Below, one piece after another: positions 57,601-64,000 of a DNA stretch of 64,000 nt (the stretch's first letter is position 1; every line of letters starts with the position of its first letter). This DNA is from Lytechinus pictus (Eukaryota), in the NCBI RefSeq assembly GCF_037042905.1, contig NC_087251.1, forward strand, positions 2,728,001 through 2,792,000, read 5' to 3'. Made by a program: the position numbers and the translations under genes. The notes beneath the pieces are model-generated. The model did not search any database. It was not told where the DNA came from and saw nothing but the letters and a program-made list of their open reading frames with translations.

Positions 57601-60102
57601 ACGAATATTTAGAGTGGTCAAAATGGCTTCTACTTGAAGTAAAACGTCGGTTTTATTGAATCTCCGTCTCTCTAATCAGTCATGATGTTGAGACAGATCA
57701 TGGACCTATCAGATCAAAGCAACTTCCAAAATATTATTTGAAAAAGAAAACTAATCATGGATATGTTTTGAAAATGGATAAAAGAACTAATTCGTATTGA
57801 AGGATTACCTTTTCACGAGTTTCTCGAGTTCCTGTATGCAATCTCTTTTTCGTTTTCCATCTGATCATTGATGTTAAAACACCAGCAGTTGATGCTAAAC
57901 CTCCTGTTATAAATATATGACAAATTCAAAATGCGTCATTGTCAAGCATAAATATGTTTAAAAGCCGATCTAATTTCCTTTCGGTTAACGTACTTGTTAA
58001 AACAAAGAGTCAGAAATGTGAATTAAAAAACAAAATGTCATAAAATCTTACAATAGTGTTGTGGTCACTGAAGATTCTTAGCAAGCATGATAAACATACT
58101 TACCACTTTCATCTACATCAGCGTTGTCTGATGTCACTGGTTTCTGAAAGAATAAAAAAAGCAATTTGAGAGGCGCTGGGATTTGATATCGTTAACGGTG
58201 AACAAAACATTGACTGGGAGAAATTTTACAATATATATCCAAATTCAGTGGCATATAGCTAGCCTAAATGGAATGGAGAAGGGGTGATTGTAATGACATG
58301 AATCTGTGTAGATTGAAATTCTTGTCGTTTTCAAGCATCTCAATTCAAATTATTTATTCGTCATCCAATCAACAAGAGCACCTTATTCGTCATCCAATCA
58401 ACAAGAGCACCTTATTCGTCATCCAATCAACAAGAGCACCTTATTCGTCATCAAATCAACAAGAGCACCTTTAGAACATAGCATTGAGTAAACTTTGTCC
58501 TTCATATTCATTCATTATTCAACTAAGTATATAAGAGCAATTCCTTTCGAAGTTTACTGTCTCAGTGCGTTTACAAGACTATTCACTTTATATTGGAATC
58601 GCAAGGTCCCATTTCCTTTTTTCATGTTTGTATTGTTTAATAGTATAGCATAGTATAGTATTTATTTTTCGTATAAAAAAAACAACAACGGATGGATAGC
58701 CCTTATTCAGTTTGGATTCATAAATTATAAGAAGTAACAAAAAAAAGTAAAAAGGAAAACGCACTTTATGGAACTATTCAGTTGAATAAGAACAGAATCA
58801 GTTTGTAATTTAAAGTCTGTTAAGGGAACAATGGGGAGGAGAAGGGGAAGAAAAAAAGCATACAATATTGAGTTTATGACAAGGTAAGCAATGAATACAA
58901 CTAAGAATGCGAAAAAGAAATTATAGTAATGTTTACTTGGTGGCCCTCCCTTTTACTAGGGGGAGGTTCAAAATTTAGTTTTATATTCTATGAAAAAAAT
59001 GCTATTAATAGACATACACTGGTCATGTGCGGCAATCATTTTTTTTTTATTTGAAGGGGATAAATTTTGTGCGTCACGTAGGTGTAATCGAATTTTTACC
59101 TGTATGGATAAATATTTTCAGAACAAAATAATACAGAGACCCTTTTTTAAATCAATCTCCATGCAAGATATACAAACCTTGTCTGCTGAGGCGACCGGAC
59201 CAGAATCCGAACCTACATTAGAAAAAAAATGCATGTATAAGAACCCATGCTCAATTTCGAAAGCATTTTCTAATACAACGCCGCGTGAGATCATTGCCAC
59301 CGCCCCTCCCAAAAAACACATATCTCTAAGCAACTGAAATAATATATGTAAATCTCAAATTGTATTTTGAAACAACTATTATTTGTTACTGATCATTTCC
59401 CTACGATATTAGTTATAACTGAAGTATTTCTTATGACGTATATTTTATTTTTCTGATTATGTATTCATATATGACTTTTGAATTTGTTCGTTGCTATGCT
59501 CATTCTCTAAATATGGAAATTAATAAACTGTCAGACCTTGAAACCATATATCTTACAATCCTTATGAATCCGATTGACCAGAAGATTAATTGAAACACCC
59601 CCAAGAAAAAGCAAATGTCCCATGACTCGCGTCATACGTCCTTGTCGCCTTTCACTATACGACTGATCTCTCCACTAAGGGAGAGATCAGTGTTCACTAC
59701 GTTGCAGGTATGGTCGCAGAATAATTTCGCTACCCGCCCCCCCCCCCCCCCCAGTAATGAAATAAAGATAAAACAAAAGTCAACTTACCCCGCGCGCCAA
59801 GGATTTTTTTCAGGAAAGACATGCCTTTATCTGTGTCGGTTTCCTTGGTTACTTCTATACTTTCCTTCCCTGCTGGTTCTGTAGTAGTCACCTTTTCTGA
59901 TTGAGACACTGAATGCTGCATATCAGATGAGCTTCTTGACCTATCATCATAATTATTCGGAGATTCAATGATCAATGAAATATTTTGATTTTAGGCCTAC
60001 GTTACCGCACTTCCCCCCTCCTATTTTAAATGAATTTGTTTACATAATGACAGAAGCTTTACGGTGCACGTGACGAAAGAGCGATATATTTTACCTTGCC
60101 AT
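54534..60102 (-). CDS. Uncharacterised gene B, 178 aa, 7 coding exons: 60095-60102, 59789-59940, 59178-59212, 58104-58143, 57809-57903, 57409-57529, 54534-54619
   Basis: All junctions GT-AG and in phase (2,1,0,1,0,1). Protein: MARSRSSSDMQHS...GLASTAGVLTSMIRWKTKKRL...YPGYLDLFTRLSRELN...KLRSELQDSDVFL*. Confidence 0.7.
54849..56887. mobile_element. ~2 kb non-autonomous DNA transposon with internal GCGAGCGCGAAGCGCGAGC motifs, in gene B last intron
   Basis: TIRs CAGGGGCGGATCCAG / CTGGATCCGCCTATG; TTAAC on both flanks; ~15 motif copies. Confidence 0.8.
57409..57529 (-). CDS. Gene B exon 6 (YPGYLDLF...NIAK)
   Basis: AG/GT bounded, phase 0-1. Confidence 0.75.
57809..57903 (-). CDS. Gene B exon 5 (GLASTAG...TREK)
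   Basis: AG/GT bounded, phase 1-0. Confidence 0.75.
58104..58143 (-). CDS. Gene B exon 4 (KPVTSDNADVDES)
   Basis: Strong acceptor, GTAAGT donor, phase 0-1. Confidence 0.72.
58354..58469. repeat. 29-bp minisatellite, 4 copies
   Basis: TTATTCGTCATCCAATCAACAAGAGCACC units at 58354, 58383, 58412 and 58441. Confidence 0.95.
59178..59212 (-). CDS. Gene B exon 3 (SDSGPVASADK)
   Basis: Strong polypyrimidine acceptor, phase 1-0. Confidence 0.65.
59789..59940 (-). CDS. Gene B exon 2 (SRSSSDMQ...LGAR)
   Basis: Part of ORF 59730-59975, GTAAGT donor. Confidence 0.75.
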
Positions 60103-60138
60103 GTCGACCTATAAAAAGTTATAATTAGTCGCCATGAC

Positions 60139-60826
60139 GGTAAATTTCGTATAACAACCATTTGGTCCAATCATCACTTCGTCTAATCACCAGTTCGTCT
60201 ATGACAATTTCGTCTCATAACCAGTTGGTCTAAAGGCGACCGCGCACACCTTATATTGGTCTGCGACCCGATTTCAGAATAAAATGTAGTAGAATTTGAT
60301 GCTAATATTGAGACTTGGAATATCTTACTGTGCAATGTTCTAAATCATCGTACGAATATTATGTTCAAATTTGTGACTATGCTGTCATCCTTCTTAGAAT
60401 AAAAGCGAATTTAATATCTAGTCGTAATGACGTCATAGCTGTCGTACGATTGGCTACTCCAAAATAAAGGTTTGCCATCTTTCAAAATGGTTATATTAGT
60501 ATTCTTTCAATTAAGTTTAACCTCAAATAAAATGATTATGTTCCATTTACATTTTCAGAAAATCAGCAAAGTGCGATTTGTTCCAAAATCGGATCGCGAA
60601 CAGTCGTAAGGTGTGCGGTGGCCTTAATATTCGTTTTATTTTCATTCACTTTACCCAATTAACACTTTTTCTATTTTAATTAGACCAAATGGTATATAGT
60701 AAATGGTTATTAGACGAAATGGCAATTAGATCATGTGGTTATTGGACAAAATGATGGTAGACCAAAATGATAGTAGACGAGTTGGCAATTGGACGATTTG
60801 ACATTGGACCAAATGAAAATAAACCG
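60139..60826. mobile_element. Inverted-repeat element with TTCGTCTA/TAGACGAA subterminal repeats
   Basis: Short repeats face each other from the two ends; interrupted by the next element. Confidence 0.55.
60234..60624. mobile_element. PIF/Harbinger-like MITE nested in the previous element
   Basis: TAA TSD; TIRs AGGC.ACCGC..CACACCTTA / TAAGGTGTGCGGTGGCCT. Confidence 0.75.
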
Positions 60827-61196
60827 TCATGACCAGATTTAACTGAACTCACCATGACGGTATAAAACTTCAACTTGGCAAGGTAACTTGACGTATTTCG
60901 TAATGCTTGACTAACTATTTCTACATGACAACACAATTTATTATGTATCACAATAATCACACCATCTCGTCAAGTAGAGCTCCATATAGTATTTACTAAA
61001 TAAAACTTCTTGTTGTTGGCAGCTGAGTGTGGTAATCATCAGTACAACGTTTTATGTACAAACGAAATCATGCTTTAGACATTAGAAGGGTACAGACCGC
61101 GGGTGTCAGACAAGGAGTGCCAAACAGCAGAAAAAAATATCCATCTTATAGGTTACTTTATATAATGATTGATTGGAATCCACCGGATTTCATTTT

Positions 61197-61278
61197 TTAA
61201 AAGTCCCGAAGTTCCATCAACCTTCTCTTCTTCACTCCGAATTCATTTCCCAGCCGGAACAATATGCGGTAATACATA
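61197..61278 (-). CDS. Gene A terminal exon (MYYRILF...RDF*)
   Basis: CAG acceptor, phase 2, TAA stop. Confidence 0.6.
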
Positions 61279-63702
61279 CTGTATGAATATAGATATGAAT
61301 CATGACTGGTGAATGGCGACTGATTTCAACCAAGGATCCGGGTCATATAGGTTCTTATAATGAAATAGTAGGCCTATTCAATTATAACTCCGGTAAAATA
61401 TTGGTTAAAAGCAGTGATGATTATTTCCTATAAAAATTGCCATTGTATTGCAATTTGTCATAATTTATAAATATGGTTCCATCTCAGAGATAATGACTGA
61501 AATGTCCGGGCTCAGATAATGCGCATAAAAGGGAAGATGAAAACAGCAAAGTAAATAAATACCTGTACCTTTTCGCATAATAAATGTATTTGAGTTTGAA
61601 TTTCTTGAATTACGATAGAAGTTTTTTAATCGGTACGATGTCAGACAACGTACTTGTATGATTGCATCTCACATGGTCTGAGTAGACTAACATCGTCTGA
61701 TCCCATAGGTTGATAACGCCCGAGGGATGCTCTCTCTAGTTTGTTACCGCGTGGATCTGTTTGCATTATCTCAGCAACAAGAGACTTCTTGCTCACATGG
61801 TTGTCTTCGCACATTGAAGAAAACAATGGAAAACATTAATTAATAAATTCATTCTTTCATTGTATTATACTGATTTTTAGCCGAGTGACTCATCATCACC
61901 AATAATGATGGGAAGTAAAATAATTTATAACAATGTTAACAAAGCAAAAACGGCTATGCCTACATAAATTATACCGGGTACATGTCGCCTAAAAAAACCC
62001 GCCACCCCCCCCCCCCCCCCCCCCCGTCAGGATCGCTGCCCTTCATAGTTTATGAGCTGGTCCCTATTATTTATACCCAGGCTTCAGATCGAGATAAGAA
62101 AGATGAGGGTGACGTTTTGTGTTTTTGATAAGGTAGTGATTGTGCCAAGTCAAAACAACACACTAACCATGCAGGAAAGGGGTGTGGCGTTTACATCACG
62201 AGGCAAACAGAACTCTTGAGGTTGAGAGGGCCGATTTTTTTTATACCACTTACTGTTTCTTTTTAATGACGTTTTAGCTGCTCTTGATAATGGTATTTAT
62301 AACTTAAACTAATAATGAATTTAAGCACGACATGTGCCATAGTGACTTGTTGGAGCATTCCATGATATAGGACTTGTCGGACTATTTTATCTGACAGTTA
62401 CCATAGAAACACCCCGGGGTAACAACGCTTCTCAGGCAATCAATATCAAGGAAAGTTGTCAGATCCAAAAAAATTCGGACAGAAATAGTAATGATATGCT
62501 CCCCCGACCTCGAATTTAAGAAATTTTCTTGTTCTTACGAACAGCTTTATTGAACACTATCCTGACAACTTGTACACAATATATATATTTATTTTTAAAG
62601 AAAATACCGCGTGGATTCAAAAGAGAGTTGTATTTGGACGCTGATTGTTGATAAATGGCTTCGTCGCTCCCTAAGGTATCATCCAGTCTATTTTTCTCCA
62701 CGGCTGCTCCAACCACTAAAGCCATTAATGGGATCTGAGGTCGTCGTCCAGGAATCGGAGACGATGGTCGTGGCTTCATCGGAGATGCTACTCTTTCAAC
62801 CGGTTTACCAAAATCTAACCTGTTAAAAGAAAAATAAAAGACAACCATAGAAGGAGAACAACACCGGGGATGGTAAAAGGAGAAAAAAATGCTTGGCCAA
62901 TACTGCAAAATAATTAGTATAGGAAGTCGACGTTTAAAGCAAAAATATAGTAGGCCCTAGATCTGTATGGTAGTGTGTTCTAAAGCTATGCGGGTCCTAA
63001 ATAAATCCCAACAAAACAAAAAGTGTGCCTAAAACAAAGTTGAGAAAGAAATCAGACGGGTATGCAAAAAGTTGCGCGGCGGCATCCTCGTTCATCTTCC
63101 AAAAGGTGCACACAGGAGCATAGGCGGATCACGGTGGGTGCACATCCGGCCCGTGTCCCCTCCCCTTCTTTTGAGATCCCTGAAAAATAATTCCTAGTGG
63201 GAAATACGGGGCATAGATAGTCTAGGCTCCAGTAGATCTAGATGTCTACAAAAAGAAAAAATGTTAGGCATAAACAAGCCTCATGATATAGGTCTACCAG
63301 ACACCCCATCGTGAAGAGTGATTCTACTACGGAACCATTAACTCACCTTTGGGATTCATTTTCCGTGTTTTCCTTCTCTTCAGATTCTTTTTTATCTCTC
63401 ACCACGCTTTGTTGTTCCTCCTCTTCATCTCCCCCATCATGCGCATTGTTATCATCTTTTGACTCCTCGGTGGTTGAAGTCATTGACTCGATGGTGATTT
63501 CAGGCACGTTGTTTCGATCCCGTGCAATCCTTAGTTCTTCACCATCCACACCGCCATGATCATCCATTCTCAAAACTCTGTGAGGGTTTTCAGGATCGGG
63601 TGTGGCTGCAAATTGTCTAGGAGGATACCTGATTGGGTTTCCTTCATTCTCTCCGCTTTCCAGCATCGGGTTTTCATTTGGTAGTTCTGTCATATCCTCC
63701 AT
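61197..63702 (-). CDS. Uncharacterised gene A, ~266 aa, 4 coding exons: 63347-63702, 62608-62819, 61654-61804, 61197-61278
   Basis: GT-AG exons with matching phases (2,1,2). Acidic, probably disordered N-terminus; ends MYYRILFRLGNEFGVKKRRLMELRDF*. AATAAA at 60937-60942 (minus). An acceptor precedes the ATG, so an upstream exon exists. Confidence 0.7.
61654..61804 (-). CDS. Gene A exon (NHVSKK...MQSY)
   Basis: Part of ORF 61641-61826, phase 1-2. Confidence 0.75.
62608..62819 (-). CDS. Gene A exon (LDFGKP...LNPR)
   Basis: Part of ORF 62516-62908, phase 2-1. Confidence 0.8.
63347..63702 (-). CDS. Gene A exon (MEDMTEL...NESQ)
   Basis: Part of ORF 63343-63915; acceptor at 63704, GTGAGT donor. 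Confidence 0.8.
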
Positions 63703-64000
63703 TCTAAAGAGAAAGTGGATTTGATAATTTGATTTAAAAAATTCGGAAAGATAACCAAAACTGTTTCTTCTGTATGTAAACAAATGAAGCACGCAGCACC
63801 TGCTCCCAATCAAAATATATCTGCATATGCCCATATACAGGCGCGCCTGTATTAATGTTTGGTGCGCGAAAAAAGAGCGCTTCACGCGGGAGGATTGGCA
63901 TGAATGTGCGCGCAAAAATTTAGGATTTTATTTATGAATCATTAATTTGATTAGTGATTTATTGTTGCATTTATCTATTTCATTTCTATTAATCATTCAT

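Noticed and set aside
59637-59697. Extra gene B exon (NTDLSLSGEISRIVKGDKD)
   Set aside because: Poor polypyrimidine tract; its phase 1-0 cannot precede the 59178-59212 exon, so it could only be a mutually exclusive alternative, which I cannot support.

Overview
AT-rich, repeat-dense animal genomic DNA. The repeat families suggest an echinoderm, probably a sea urchin (inference). The window holds four spliced genes, which I reconstructed by hand with consistent GT-AG phases. (1) THADA on the minus strand: 37 coding exons from 40658 down to 3561 (~1922 codons); its last exon(s) were not found and probably lie left of the window. (2) TBCB (tubulin-folding cofactor B, 251 aa, 6 exons, 40999-49043, plus strand), head-to-head with THADA, with start codons only ~340 bp apart. 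(3) and (4) Two small minus-strand genes that I do not recognise: gene A (63702-61197, ~266 aa) and gene B (60102-54534, 178 aa). The stop-containing last exon of gene B is amplified into a tandem array whose copies keep intact small ORFs. Introns carry many non-autonomous DNA transposons (Kolobok-like TTAA, PIF/Harbinger-like, hAT, Tc1/mariner, Helentron/HINE-like), tRNA-derived SINEs, LINE fragments and minisatellites. There is one assembly gap. An inverted pair of ~1.9-2.0 kb elements brackets THADA exons 2-3. No rRNA, true tRNA or CRISPR array is present.
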